From Neophaeotheca triangularis (taxonomy: Eukaryota): a stretch of 64,000 nt of DNA. Every line of letters begins with the position of its first letter. Position 1 is the first letter of the stretch. The stretch is from positions 1 to 64,000 of the forward strand of contig BAAIJX010000029.1 in NCBI GenBank assembly GCA_054600435.1, written 5' to 3'. The notes beneath the pieces are model-generated. The model did not search any database. It had not been told where the DNA came from and saw only the letters and a program-made list of their open reading frames with translations. Below are positions 1 to 12,480 of the stretch, in pieces. Both the position numbers and the translations under genes were made by a program.

Positions 1-227
1 CCCCCCTAGCAAATGTTGCAATTGCGCTTTCCAAGTCATACCCAAGCAGACCATGCGGGAGGAAATGGGGGCCAAAAGATATCCCCAACGCCGCGAGAGC
101 AGACAGAAGAGACGCAGCTGAAGGGGAAAAACGCCGGGAAAATTTCCAGTTCGCGGTTTTTTTTTTCCCCCGCCCAAAAACGCCGGCAGCCAAGAAGCCG
201 AACGTAAATCCCGATAATGCCTCTATA

Positions 228-1183
228 TCAACTCCTAAACCGCACTTGGACTCTGGCGTGCCCTTGCTCGCTCCTCCCGCTCCCCTCTCCTTCCTCGTCG
301 TCTTGCGCCTTTGCTTCAACGCTCATGATTCTCTTGCCCCCCATGTCCCGGACTTTGTCCGCTAATTGTCCGCTAGAATGCAGTGCCGCTACCTCGTCGC
401 CGCCACCGATGCTCTTGCCGTTGATCAAGACGTTGGGGACGGTTCTGCGGCCGGTGGATTTCTGTAAGGCCGCTTGGAGCAGTGGGCCGAGCGGGTGTTG
501 GTCTAGTTCTACGACGTGCGGGGGCGGGGTTATGGCGTAGGCATTAAGGAGGATGGACTAGAATCAGGGATGGTTAGTATAGCGCGGTAAAAGGGAAAAG
601 GCGGTAGAGGGGGAGGGAAGGTCTTTAGTCTCACCTTTGCTTTCTTGGAAAACGGACAAAAGGATTTGGAAAAGATGATGATGGGGCCTTTTTTGAGAAT
701 CGCATTCATCTCCTCTTCGACAAGGTGCTCCTGCTCGGTTTCCTCGGTTTCATCGTCGGCGTGCTCGGAGTTCTTGACAGCTTTGGAAGCCTTGGGCGCG
801 ATGTTACCGACTTTAGCCACGCCATCATCGCCCTCGGCCGCAGCGTTGTGCACGACTTTGCCGTCGTCTGCGCCGCTGCCGCCAGTCTTCATCATCTTCC
901 GCCCCGCTACACTCTTCTCCCCACTGTCCCCGCTGCTCTTTACGGTCTTGTCCCCGGCTACTGCTTCTTCGTGCTCGCGGCCTACTCGCCGCACTCGTTC
1001 CATTCGCGCGGCTTCTTCGGCGGCTACGGCTTCGGAGGCTTCGCGGTTTTTCATGGCTTCGACGGTCCGGGTGTAGAAGGGCGAGGTTTGGGTTGATTGC
1101 GCGCCGTGGCGGATGTAGAGGAGGACAAGGACGGTGAGGAAGAGGAGGAGCCCAGTGGCTTTGAGGCGGCGGGGGGAGGGCAT
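228..1183 (-). CDS. Secretory-pathway monothiol glutaredoxin (Grx6/Grx7-like), 2 exons (1183-635, 557-228)
   Basis: N-terminal hydrophobic anchor (LLLFLTVLVLLYI) and IIIFSKSFCPFSKKAK active-site motif. A GTGAGA...TAG intron (634-558) joins to SILLNAY...VVELDQHPLG...TGRRTVPNVLINGKSIGGGDEV, which carries the TVP and GG-D glutaredoxin motifs. Confidence 0.9.
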
Positions 1184-3839
1184 GGTCTTTTGGGGGGAGT
1201 TGGTGTTGGGGTTGCTGGATTGGTAGGAGCGTTTTGTGCTCTTGGTCGCGGTCGTCGTTGGTAGGGGACTCGGGGATGGGGTGTAAGAGTCGTCGAGGAG
1301 GTGGGGAGTGGTGAGCGGTGACTGATCGACAGCAGTGTACCTGACTATAGGGATGAGTGCCTCGGTACCTCTAGGGTAGTCATGTAGGTAGGTAGGGCTC
1401 TTGGCTGGAGTTGCTCGCGTGATGATGTTTGCCTCCGGGGAGCGTAAAGTCAAAGTTGAAGTGATGTATCACCTAGGCATGTGTGATGTGGTGATGATGG
1501 AAGACTTGTGGGAGAAGCTTTGAAGCTACCTATAATGATGAGTTGGAGGAGTTGTTACAATGTACTACCTAGGTACTGTACCTTATAGAAAACTTGAAAT
1601 TGGGAATAATGTGATGGTTCGGTTTCATCCATGCGGCGGCTGTGCTACATTTGGTAGAAGCACGAACAGCGCAGCGCATGCCTTGGTGCAGCAGTAGGAC
1701 CCCCCCTATTCTGTATACTTGGCGGACTGCAGTGGTACCGAGCTTTTGCTGTACCCAAGCAAGGGTAGTTAACCTGTGTAAACGGTCTACCTTAGGTAAG
1801 GTAAGGTAGGCTGTAGGTAGGTAGCCGGCCAATTGTGTGGAAATGGACTGCGGGGTAGTAATAAGAAGGTCATGTTGCTGTCCCGGTAGTGCCTCTCCTG
1901 CCGCCAAGTCTCCGACTGGCTCCCGTCGCGCTCAAATATTATCCGAATCTGTCGCGTGTTGGCCGTCTTGTACTGTGTTGTAGTACCTCGGACGCAGTTG
2001 ACGATTCGATGCATTTGAACTCAAGATGCTGCTATGGAAGAGTACCACTACTCCTACTCCCGCCATCTTCATCACTACCTACCTAATAGTAGGCATTTGA
2101 GCAAGACGAATCCTCTGACACAGCCTCGAGCCGTCTATCTTCCAAGGTTATCTCTCGAAATTGCCTACTCCTTCTCCAGCCTCCAGCCATAACAGCCAAA
2201 GCAAACTGATGAAAGAAAGTCAAGTGTGAACCATCAAAAATTCCGCCAGTGAGGCCCCCGAAGGAGACTCATGCAGAGACTCTACCGCGCTGTGCAATGC
2301 AGAGAGTCTCCACACCCGGAAGGCATGCGTGAGCGCCCACGGGCTGACAAGGTAAGTATGGGAGGGAGAAGAGAAGAAGAGGAATTCCTGGGAAGGGAAA
2401 GCGAGTTTTGATGTTGCGAGACCGGTGGATCTTCGGCAGTCGAGGACTAGCGTGATGAGATGTGCCGTGTGGAGGGTGGAATCTGGTCTGATCTGTGATT
2501 GAGCGAGTGGGATCAGCGCTAGTGGAGGGATGAATTCCACCATGTAATGTGACACGACATCTACTTGCTGTATGAGGTGTGCTTGCTACTCCCGTCCTCC
2601 GTCCTTACTATGAGAGCAAGTATGTACGCACTACTTACTACTGTACACTCTTCTGTCAAGCTTGTCCACTCGAGGGACTCGAAAGCGTTACACTACCTTG
2701 GCTAATGTACATACCTTGTCTTAGGTACCTAACCACATGGCACAATTATGATGCTTTGAAGTCGTGCGAGTCGTGGCCCACGAAGCGACCGTTGACCACA
2801 CAAGCCACACGAAAGATAGAGTTGGGAGCAAGTGGAGCGCTCAGATTTCTTGACATCCAATCAGTGAAGCACATCCGGTCGAAGATACCTTATTACTACT
2901 AGTACTACTACCTAGTCTACTAAGCTAGTAATAATAATAAGCCAGTCTAGCACCAGCACCAGCATCTTTAAGTCGATTGAGTTTTTACAATAATGCCACA
3001 CGCGAATTGAAAACTCTAAGGGGAGAGGTAGGCATGGCCGCATGGCATGGCATTGTCCCAAGGTCATTTTCCTGCCAAGAATCATAAACGTGGTATTTTA
3101 TTGAAAAAGCTAGGTACTCCAACTAAGGTATCTTCCAATTATTAGTCCACTATATCCGCCGTCAAGCCACCATTTGCGCCATCACGCAACCACGCAGATG
3201 CAGATGCAGATGGCCGCGACCACGAGGCATACGAGTAACTAGTACTGTCGGGTAATAACAACCTGGGCGCATGTGGGACGGACGGGAGCCTCAAAAGTAA
3301 ATCTGGCCCGGTGACCCCGCGCGTGTGCCCTGCCCTGCCCTGCCCTCCAAGGCTCCACTGCTTTCGAGTCGTCGATGGATTGAATCATTGCAAGATCCCA
3401 AGACCATGCCATTATTGTTACCACTATCATTATTATTGCCCTAGAGGTACACAGGTACATGCAACTCTCATCACCACCTGCATGGTCCATGGTCCTGAGT
3501 CCTGACGTCGTCCAGAACTGCCAACCCAGCCAGCTGCGCGCTGCGAACCGGAACCACTGAGCTTCTCTGATGATGCGCTCAAGGCCGATCTTAAGGTATT
3601 GGCCCTCTCGCCCTGTCCACATTACCTTATCTTAGCTCGCCGGTATTAAAGGTAGGTCGACAGCCGCTTCTCAGCTTATATATTTGCCCTGCCGCCTTTG
3701 CTTTTCCCTTTATCCACCTTGTCTAGCTCTAGCTGTGCCTCTCTACATAGACCTCCCTTATCTCCCCTCGCTGCCCCTCCAACCACGATCCTCTCCCCTG
3801 CCAACCACCCTCGACCGGCGCAAAGACAGAACCGCAGCC

Positions 3840-5917
3840 ATGGGTTGGCTACCGGCGCGTTTCACCTCAGAGAAGGAAGGGGAAAAACACTCGTCCATCT
3901 CCTCTCCTCCGGCCTACCCAGCGATCGACAACCCCGTGGATCCCTCGGAAATGGAAGGCAAAACGCTCCTCCAGCGCAAATACGTCCTCATCAACCACGA
4001 AATGGACCGCAACGGCATGGGCAGATACCAAATCTACATTTGGTTCTTGTGTGGTTTTGGCTTCTTAATCGATATCATGTGGGCGCAGGCTTTTGGGCTG
4101 GTGCTGCAGCCTCTGGAGCAAGAGATGGGCTTCCCCGGTGACGAGTCGGGCAACATTTCGGTCGGTACTCTGGCTGATGAATCGCCGGTCCTGCGCATAG
4201 GGAAATGTATGCTCATACCTTGTCTTAGGTGGCTTTTTCCTCGGGTTTGACGGCTGGGGCTTTTGTCTGGGGTGTGCTGGTTGATATCATCGGTGAGTTT
4301 TGGGCGGTTCGTTTGTAGAGGGGTCAAGGCGTAGTTGACACTCTTTCCTTAGGTCGCCAGTGGGCTTTCAACCTTACCTGTCTGATCAGTGCTTGCTTTG
4401 GACTGGGTTTGGGGGGCGCAACCACGTACGACCAGTTCCTCGTCATCACCGCTTTCATCGGTTTTGGTGTTGGGTAAGTCGAAGACGAACTCCTTAAATC
4501 CTCGAAGACTTGAGGTTTCGAATTCTATGACCTTTTAAACTGATTCACTCGTAGCGGCAATATCCCGATTGACACCACAATCTGCCTCGAATTCATCCCG
4601 CAGAACCGTCGTTTCCTTCTCGCACTTCTGTCAATTTTCCAACCGATTGGCGTGGTCGTAACGAGCGCAATTGCGTTTGGCTATATTCCTACGTAAGTCG
4701 GGCGCCTTTGGGAGCAAAGAGATGTAACCTCACTTTTCTAACTCACCTTTTAGCTACTCATGCACGCCAAACTTCACAGCAGACGATCCTCTCCCATCGT
4801 GCAACAATGCGGACCCTGGAGAAGAGTGCTGCGGGCGAGGAAACAACATGGGCTGGCGCTACCTGATGCTCACTATCGGTGCCGTGACACTAACAATCTT
4901 CTTCCTCCGCTTCGTCGTCTTCCGCTTCAAGGAATCTCCAAAATTCCTCGTCTACCGTGGCCAAGACGAGAAAGCCATCGCAGTGCTACAGTACATTGCA
5001 AACTTCAATAAGCGCGAATGCGCTCTGACCATGGCCGACTTTGAAGCTCTGACCGACGATGACAGTTCCTTGGGTAGCGGCGAGCTATTGGGCACGGGGA
5101 CCAAACAACTGCAGCAGTCATTCGGCCAGAAGCTCAGAGTCGAGTTCCAACGCTACGGAATGCTCTTCGCTGGCTGGAACATGACGCGCATCACGGTTCT
5201 GGTCTGGCTGACTTACATCTGCGATTTCTGGGGTTTCACGCTCGCCGGTGAGACAAACCTCCATTGTCCCCCTTTTCCCGCCCCCTCATCCAGCTAAATA
5301 AATCAAACTCCCAGGCTACTATCTCCCCAGCATTCTGCTGGTAAAAAACGGCGATCTCGGCCTCACGCTCGAAGACACCTACCGCAACAACCTCGCCATT
5401 TACACGCCCGGCATCGTCGGCGTCGTCCTGGGGTCTATGATGTACGGCGTCCCCGCCATCGGGCGCAAATGGACAATGGTCGTCTCGTCCGGCCTCATGG
5501 GCATTTCAATCCTCGTCTACAGCACCGTCAACGACGAAGCTTCCAACATCGGCCTAAACATGATGGAGTGCGTCCCTTCACCAAAAACCACCCACCACCC
5601 GAAATCCCAACTAACCAAGAAAAACCGACAGATACTTCTTCCAAAGCATGTTCAACGCCGTCCTCTACGGCTGGACGCCCGAAGTCTTCCCCGCGCCCAT
5701 TCGAGGCACCGCTTGCGGCGTCGCCAGTTTCTGGGGTCGCCTGTTCGGCATCATTGCGCCGCTGACGACGCAGCAGCTCATCCCCGCGGGCGGCCTGAGC
5801 AATGCCAGCGACAGCGAGATCAACAATGTGCTTTATGTTGCCGGAGGCATTACCATGGGGTGTGTGATTTTCATCGCGTTGTTGCCGAATAAGACTGTTG
5901 GGTCGGCTAGTATGTAG
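3840..5917 (+). CDS. Major facilitator superfamily transporter (sugar/SV2-like), about 7 exons
   Basis: Multiple TM segments, with GMGRYQ..LCGFGFLID, DIIGRQWAFN, GGNIPIDTT, WRYL..FKESPKFL and YGWTPEVFPAPIRGTACG motifs. About six short GT-AG introns were inferred by eye (approx. 4161-4228, 4293-4352, 4474-4554, 4692-4754, 5248-5314, 5568-5631). Confidence 0.88.
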
Positions 5918-6188
5918 TGTGGTGTGCGCGGACGGGATTGGGCTGGGGAGGGAGGAAGATTTGGATGGTAGGATTTTGAGGGCCGTTATGGGGATTATAG
6001 CTTGAGCTTGATCTCGTTGCGGTTTAGGCTTGTTATGAATGTGATGATTTGTACGATTTCATTTGGCTAGAGATGAAGGTGGAAGTCCTTTGTTTAATGT
6101 TGCCTCTTTTTCGGATTACAAGAATATGTAGACACCTATCACTCCTACCGGACGCTTTAAATGTATCTCGCGTAAGCCAACAACCTTG

Positions 6189-7217
6189 TTAAACTTCCCC
6201 CATCTCGGCAATCTTTCGATACTGCTTAGCAAGCTCCGCTTCCTCCTCAGCAAGCAACTGCATACAAATCATCGCCCCAGCCACAGCCCCATGATACACA
6301 GCAGCCACGACCTGCCTAAAAGGGGTCCCGGCATCCCCAGCAACAAAAACCCCCTCCACACTCGTCTCCCTGGAAAACTCACTCGCCTTGACCATCTCCC
6401 CACCAAACCCATCCCCGACAACCTCCACTCCCAACCCCTCCAACAACTCCCTACCCCTCAAAACCACCCTAGGCGCGGCCGCCAAAAACCCCAACCCCAC
6501 CACCACGCCATCCTCCAAAACCACTTCGACGCCCTCACCCCCCACATCCCGCACCTCCCTAACCCTCCTCTCCTCAACGCGAACCCCCCTCAACCTCAAA
6601 ACCCCCTCCGCCTCCGCATCCAAAAACCCCCCATTCTTAAAAACAGTCACCCCGCCTCCCCCCAACCGCGCAACCATACCAACAAAATGCCCCACCCTCT
6701 CGGTGCCGAGCACACCGGCGTGCAAATGGCCCCGCTCCAGCCCATCGCAAAAAAAACACTGCCAAACGCTCTTGCCCCAACACAGCCGCAGCCCCTCGAC
6801 CCCGCTCTCGCCTTCCATCTCCTCGACCATGTCCGCGACTCCCATGGCCACCACGACCTTCCGACCCCGCCACACAGTGCCCTCTGCATCCCGCGCTTCG
6901 AAAGCCCCCGTGCTCGCGTTCTTGCGGATCCCCAGCACCGCGCTGTGGACGAAGCGCGTCGTTCCGTACGCGGCGACTTCTTTGCGGCCTTGCGAGCGAA
7001 TCGAAGCCGGCGGGACGTGGTCGTGGCCAAGGATGTTGTGGGCGTGGCTGGCCGTGTCGTTGCGGTGCTTGGATGTCGTGAAGATTGCCGCCGTGCGTGC
7101 TTGTCGGCTGAGGGTTAGGGCTGCTTGGAGGCCTGCGGGGCCTGCGCCTAGGATCAGGGCGGAGAAGGTGGTGGTTTCTGGGGAGAGGCTGGGGGCTGGG
7201 GGTTGGTTCGGGGGCAT
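6189..7217 (-). CDS. FAD-dependent thioredoxin-reductase-fold oxidoreductase, GliT-like
   Basis: ILGAGPAGL FAD-binding motif, RN....HAHNILGHD, CFFCDG CxxC motif and ETSVEGVFVAGDA. The likely ATG is at 7217 (MPPNQ); intronless. Confidence 0.88.
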   Translation of the reverse strand: MPPNQPPAPSLSPETTTFSALILGAGPAGLQAALTLSRQARTAAIFTTSKHRNDTASHAHNILGHDHVPPASIRSQGRKEVAAYGTTRFVHSAVLGIRKNASTGAFEARDAEGTVWRGRKVVVAMGVADMVEEMEGESGVEGLRLCWGKSVWQCFFCDGLERGHLHAGVLGTERVGHFVGMVARLGGGGVTVFKNGGFLDAEAEGVLRLRGVRVEERRVREVRDVGGEGVEVVLEDGVVVGLGFLAAAPRVVLRGRELLEGLGVEVVGDGFGGEMVKASEFSRETSVEGVFVAGDAGTPFRQVVAAVYHGAVAGAMICMQLLAEEEAELAKQYRKIAEMGEV

Positions 7218-8141
7218 GGTGGTGGTGTTGCTGGGAGGGGGTGGTTTGGTTTTGGTTGTTTTGGTTGTTGGCTTTGGTTGGGTGGATGTTTTTGCTCTTG
7301 AGCGTTGAAGGCGGGAGATGCAGATGTTGTGCAAAGCGTTGGGAGTGCTTTCTTGATGATTGGAGAAACTTGTTTGCTTGTTTGGTATTGAGAGGCGAGG
7401 CGAGGCGAGGCGACGGCTTCCTTTATACCTTGTCTGGACTTCGCTGACTTTTCTCATGTTTGTTTGCCTTCACTGTGCTTGGGGATTGATGGATGGGTAC
7501 ATCTGAAGTCCTGTTTTACAATTGTTTCCGAAGATGATGAAAAGTCTCCGGTTTGGACTTTTTGACATCGGAAACATTCTTTCCAAGGTAGTTCTCAACG
7601 ATCGTGTCGTCAAAGTCTTGCAATGCCATTCAAATGTGGTCAGGTGCAATTGCCAGGGGTACGTAGTACTTGATAGGAAATGTTTGGAAGAATACTTATA
7701 CGTAGTACTACCTGGAGTTTCTTGCGTCGATATCGTCGTCTCCTTACGATTTCTCCCGCTTTGTTCAGTTCGATTCCCAGTGGGTTACATCCATGCACAC
7801 AGTTGATCGCGACATCAAGTCTAGGTTTACTGCCCCCACGGAGGGTTTTGGGATGGATGACAGAGAAGGTGAGGTGAAGGTACAGTGTACGGGCCGGGGA
7901 CTTCCAGCCTTATGGTGAATGTGGTCGGCAAGTATCAGCCCGACGCCGATGAACCTCGGCTTATCAATGCAGTATTATTAGTCACCCGGCGGTCCCGACC
8001 TGAACCTGCAGCTCTCGCCGACTTCGAAGACTTTCGAACGCCCGGGACAAGGCCGTTTTGAGTCGTGTCACCGAAACCAAAACCTCCCTCACCTCGTCAC
8101 ACCGTTTTCCCTCTCCCGTACGTTGTCATTACGGCCGACAC

Positions 8142-9173
8142 ATGGCTGCCAAGATAGCGCCCCAGTGGAATCTTCTCTCTTGCCCGGCCGTACTAAGAAC
8201 GGAACTAGTTCGGCAGTCTTTCGCATTGGGTGGCCTCGCTCGACAATCACCTATTTCAAGAACCGCTCCCTCAGGCGGCAGCATACTTCGAAGCGCACAT
8301 AACTACCACCGACCAACAACCTCGTCACCGTTGCTTCTACTCCCACCTTCATCACACCAACAGCGATACCAATCCACCGTCTCCGATCCCTCCACCACCA
8401 CCACCGCACCGCAAACCCCCCCTCCCACCTCTGAACCACCCCAACCGCGCCGCCTACGCCGATTCCTCACAACCACAGCCCTCACCCTCCTCTTCTTCAC
8501 GACCGGTTTCGCCATGTCCGCCGCCCCGGCCGCCGACACCGTCAACGGCTTCATGAACCCCCCCTCGGACGCAGAAACCCTCAACCTCTTCGTACCCCCA
8601 ACGCCCTCAGCCGAAGAAATCAACACCCGCATCATCTCCAGCCCCTTGGCAGTCTCGCTGCGCTCCAAAGCCGAATGGACCGAGTCGCGCCCCCACCTCA
8701 AAATCCCAGAGAGCATGCGTCCTTATAACCTGACGGGCGGCACGCTCATGGGAGACGAGAAAATCGCCGTCCCGCCGTTGAATTTCGCTACCAAGGAGGC
8801 CGAGTTGCCCGAGATGGTCTCCATCTCGTACCTGGGGCCTGCGCTGTGCGGACACCCTGGCATTGTGCATGGCGGCTTGTTGGCGACGATGCTGGATGAG
8901 GGGTTGGCGAGGGCGTGCTTTCCCGCGCTGCCGAATAAGGTCGGTGTTACGGCGAGTCTGAAGATCGATTATCGTGTGCCTTGTCCCGCGAAGAGTTTTG
9001 TTGTTTTGAGGGCGCAGACGACCAAGGTTGAGGGCAGGAAGGCGTGGGTGAAGGGATGGATTGAGTTGTTGGGGGAGGGCGAGGGCGAGGGGACGAAGTT
9101 GGTCGAGGCTGAGGCGCTGTTTATCGAGCCCAAGGGCGCGGCGCAGATGGCGAGGGTATACAGCAGTCAGTAA
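8142..9173 (+). CDS. HotDog-fold acyl-CoA thioesterase (PaaI/THEM4-like), probably mitochondrial
   Basis: LCGHPGIVHGGLLATMLDEGLAR and TASLKIDYR motifs; Arg/Ser-rich presequence-like N-terminus followed by one TM segment. Confidence 0.88.
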   Translation: MAAKIAPQWNLLSCPAVLRTELVRQSFALGGLARQSPISRTAPSGGSILRSAHNYHRPTTSSPLLLLPPSSHQQRYQSTVSDPSTTTTAPQTPPPTSEPPQPRRLRRFLTTTALTLLFFTTGFAMSAAPAADTVNGFMNPPSDAETLNLFVPPTPSAEEINTRIISSPLAVSLRSKAEWTESRPHLKIPESMRPYNLTGGTLMGDEKIAVPPLNFATKEAELPEMVSISYLGPALCGHPGIVHGGLLATMLDEGLARACFPALPNKVGVTASLKIDYRVPCPAKSFVVLRAQTTKVEGRKAWVKGWIELLGEGEGEGTKLVEAEALFIEPKGAAQMARVYSSQ

Positions 9174-9509
9174 AGATGGGGTAGTGCGTAGAGCCTTGGA
9201 TATGTTGTGGGATTGCGACGTGTTTGATAGAATATAGACCGCTTGTCGAACCCCTCCGGCCTCTGGCTGAAGAGATGGCTTTGTTGCTCAACAAATAGAC
9301 AGAGCAAACACCATGCCTAACCGTCTGCTTTCACTTTCCTCCGAATATCCCCGCTAAAACGCCAATGCTATGCTAATATAGTCGCCGCTGAATCTCATAC
9401 CCTAGCAATACCGCGCATGTCTATCCGCCACAAAACCACCGCCTTCCAATCACCACTCTTTCCCCGCCTTCTGTCCTTCTTCGCACGCTTCTTCCCACGC
9501 TACCCCTCC

Positions 9510-10179
9510 TCAAAAGTTGGTCCCCTCAGCCGGCTGCGGCAACTTCTTATTCGCCGGCGCCGCCATATACCGCCTCAACTCAATCAACACAGTCTCCATG
9601 GTGAAGTCCCGCTTCCAGGTGCTAATACTCGGTAACTTGGAGAGATCGACCTGTTGCGCAAGCAAACCCCAAGGCCAGTCAGCGAAACTGAACCCCCTCC
9701 CCCTTATCGAAAGATCCATCGCTTCGCCAATTGCGGAAAAGAGGAGATTCAAAAACATACCTTCCCCGTCTTTGCATCCACGCAGGGCAGGTTCACCTTG
9801 CTGATGAATGTCACCTCCGGCGGCTGGTCGGGATACTCCGGTCCGCAGTGGATCCTGAGCGAATAGATGCGGTTTTCGTGGACGGACTGGCTCAGAGATA
9901 AAAAGAAAAACTCGTCAGCTTCGCTATTCACCGTTGCCAAATAAAACGCATTGCTTTTTTTCCATGCTGTGTGTGTGCTTTTTTCTGTTTTTTTTTTTCC
10001 CTTGGTGGAGGAGAGTTTGTACGCACGTGTGGGGGGCCTAGGATCGTGCCGTTCCAGTTCGTCATTAGCAGGTCGTCGCCTTCGTCGAGTCCGTATGAGC
10101 AGGCTTCGGCGCCTAGGCCTTTTTCGCCTTTCTCGAGCTCTTCTAGGAGGCGGAAGTTGCGGGGGACTTTGGCGGACAT
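9510..10179 (-). CDS. MMS2: Ubiquitin-conjugating enzyme variant Mms2/UEV1, 3 exons (10179-10027, 9886-9761, 9650-9510)
   Basis: [21 protein letters not shown]...[20 protein letters not shown]...KVNLPCVD.../...[10 protein letters not shown], joined by GTGCGT..CAG and GTATGT..CAG introns. Confidence 0.95.
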
Positions 10180-10904
10180 TGTTGGTGAGGGATGGGACTT
10201 GAGGTGAGGTGGAGTGGGGTGAGGTGGGGTGGGGTGAGAGGTTGTCTGGGGTCGCTTGGGTTGGTTGCGTTGGTTTTGGCGTCTCGGGGTGACGAGGGTC
10301 GTGGATCGGTTGGTTGTTGCTGTGGTGGTGTTGAGAGTGTTTTTGTATTGGAGTGAGTGATAACGCTTTCGGCTGGGTGGAAAGTTTGGGTAACTTAGGT
10401 GACGTTGGAAACAGCTTTGGCACGTGATGGTGGGGTTGTTTTGGGAATTGAGGGGTGGTGCCCACTGCCCAGGTGGCTTTCCGCTTTGCCCCGCTTAAAC
10501 TTGTCGAGATAACAACGGTGAGGGGCTTGGAAGTTGCGCCCTACTATTGCTACTCTCGCCCGTCTCTGTACTCGAGAATTTGCTTCCACTGGCTTCTGCG
10601 GATACATTTCATTGAAAGAATGTACATTGGAAGCCACATTGACTTTGTTGAGGACACGATTAATCAATATGCTCGGGTCAGCTTTGTAGAAGGGCGTGGT
10701 CATGTTATCTTGCCGACCGCCTACTAAAAGGGTATAAAGGCCCGCCTTGCCTTGGGTAGGGAAGCTTTTTGATCTCCACCACTCATTCCCACATTCCACA
10801 CACCTCATATTGATAGGAAATCTACTTAACCTCCCCCTCGACCTTAACTACCAAGCACACTTACTGCAGGATCCAACCAAGCCCATCAACACCCACCACC
10901 AACC

Positions 10905-11675
10905 ATGGCCTCCCAAATCCCCTGGAAGGACATCAAGGCCCTCTCCTTCGACATCTTCGGCACGCTCATCGACTGGGAAAGCGGCATCTACACGGCCGCC
11001 AAAGCCTCTGCCCTCGGCCCCCACCTCACTGGCTCCCGCAAAGAAGTGCTCCAAGGCATCGGCCGCCATGACGTCGCCGTCCAGCGCGAGAACCCGACCA
11101 TGAAACAGAGCGGCGTAATCGCCCTGGGTCTCAAATGCTACGCCGCCGAGCTAGGCCTCGTCGAGAACGGGCTCGTGAGCCAGGAGACCGTGGACGCCGC
11201 TGCTAGGGAGTACGGCAGCAAGATTGGCGAGTATCCCGCTTTCGAGGACACCAAGGAGGCAATGGCGCGGTTGGACAAGTTGGGTTTCAAGCTCGTGCCC
11301 TTGACGAATGTCGACAATGATTCTTTCGCTGGGACCATGGCTGGGCCGTTGAAGGACGTCAAGTTCGATGCCATCTACACGGCGGAGGATGTGGGCTCTT
11401 ACAAGCCGGATTTACGGAACTTTCATTACTTGTTGGAGCATTTGAAGGGGGATCTGGGGGTTGAGAAGGAGCAGCTCTGCCATGTTGCGCAAAGTTTGCT
11501 TCATGATCATACCCCGGCTAAGGCTATGGGCATAAGGAGTGTGTTTGTTGATAGGAAGGGGGCGATTGGCGGCGAGGTGGAAGAGGGGCAGGACGAGAAG
11601 TATGGGTTTAAGTTTAGGGTGGAGAGTTTGGCTGAGTTGGCGGGAATCATTGAGAAGGAGTTGGGGGTTGCGTAG
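10905..11675 (+). CDS. HAD-superfamily hydrolase (haloacid dehalogenase type II-like)
   Basis: FDIFGTLIDWESG motif I, LTNVD, TAEDVGSYKPD and HVAQSLLHDH..AKAMG; intronless. Confidence 0.9.
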   Translation: MASQIPWKDIKALSFDIFGTLIDWESGIYTAAKASALGPHLTGSRKEVLQGIGRHDVAVQRENPTMKQSGVIALGLKCYAAELGLVENGLVSQETVDAAAREYGSKIGEYPAFEDTKEAMARLDKLGFKLVPLTNVDNDSFAGTMAGPLKDVKFDAIYTAEDVGSYKPDLRNFHYLLEHLKGDLGVEKEQLCHVAQSLLHDHTPAKAMGIRSVFVDRKGAIGGEVEEGQDEKYGFKFRVESLAELAGIIEKELGVA

Positions 11676-12480
11676 AGCAGAAAGTAAGCGTGAAGTTCTT
11701 GGAAGATACGATTTCACTCGTTACCTTTTCTAGGAGGGCATATCTTGGAGGACTCATATTCGTCGAACCGATTGGTGTGGCATGACTCGAGATATGGGCG
11801 CGACGAGTACCAAAATGACCATCAAGGTACTGCGGTACTGCGGCGTGCACGTGAATATGGCAAGGAAGAGAGGAAGCAGTCGAGTGCAACGTGCAGCTTT
11901 CCCATGTCTCTATTGGATCCTGCCCCGTTGTTGGAGACTGATGGTGGGGGCCCCGTGACATGTCGCTGCCAAGTGCATGACCGCAAGTAGTTATATGTCT
12001 TGTAAGGAAGATATGCATCCCAACAATCAACTCCAACAATGCCAGACTTCTCGGACAGTCTCTCGCCCTCAACAATCTCTGTTCTCGTGCTCCATGCCGA
12101 TGATCTCGCTACCCAACAGTAGACGCCTGTGAGCCCTGTCCACGCCTGTTCCCCACGATAAACTCGGCGCCACGGTCCGCCCCTTTCCCACCCGACGTTC
12201 CTGCACAAGCTTATGACGCGGGACAGAATTTATCCCGTTGTTACTTAGGTTCCAATTTGTACGAAACATCAATCACAAAAGACCGGGAATCCGACAGAGA
12301 AAGAGTTTGATGGGGGTTCAAGAGTGATACATTGTCATTGCGTATTGTCCTGCTCTGGCGGTTAAGGTAGGATTCGGACGGATTCGGACTGCAAGGAAAA
12401 GAGCAGGAATCACGTTGGCCTGGAGCAGATGAGCCGGGGATAAGAATAGGCAGGAGCAAGACACCCGACACAACCTTAGG

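Noticed and set aside
1184..1453. N-terminal extension of the glutaredoxin ORF
   Set aside because: It starts at a non-ATG codon. The ATG at 1183 directly precedes the signal anchor, so this is probably 5' UTR.
6186..7308. Long + strand ORFs (310 and 306 aa) antisense to the oxidoreductase
   Set aside because: Low-complexity Pro/Thr/His translations produced by the strong G/T skew of the real gene; no motifs.
7218..7457. Upstream in-frame ATG extension of the GliT-like ORF
   Set aside because: The sequence is UTR-like, A/C-rich and low complexity, and contains a TATA-like TATAAAG on the minus strand near 7420-7426; family homology starts after ATG 7217.
3840..11675. Secondary-metabolite cluster (MFS + GliT-like + thioesterase + HAD)
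   Set aside because: No NRPS, PKS or terpene backbone gene is present. The thioesterase looks mitochondrial/housekeeping and MMS2 sits in the middle.
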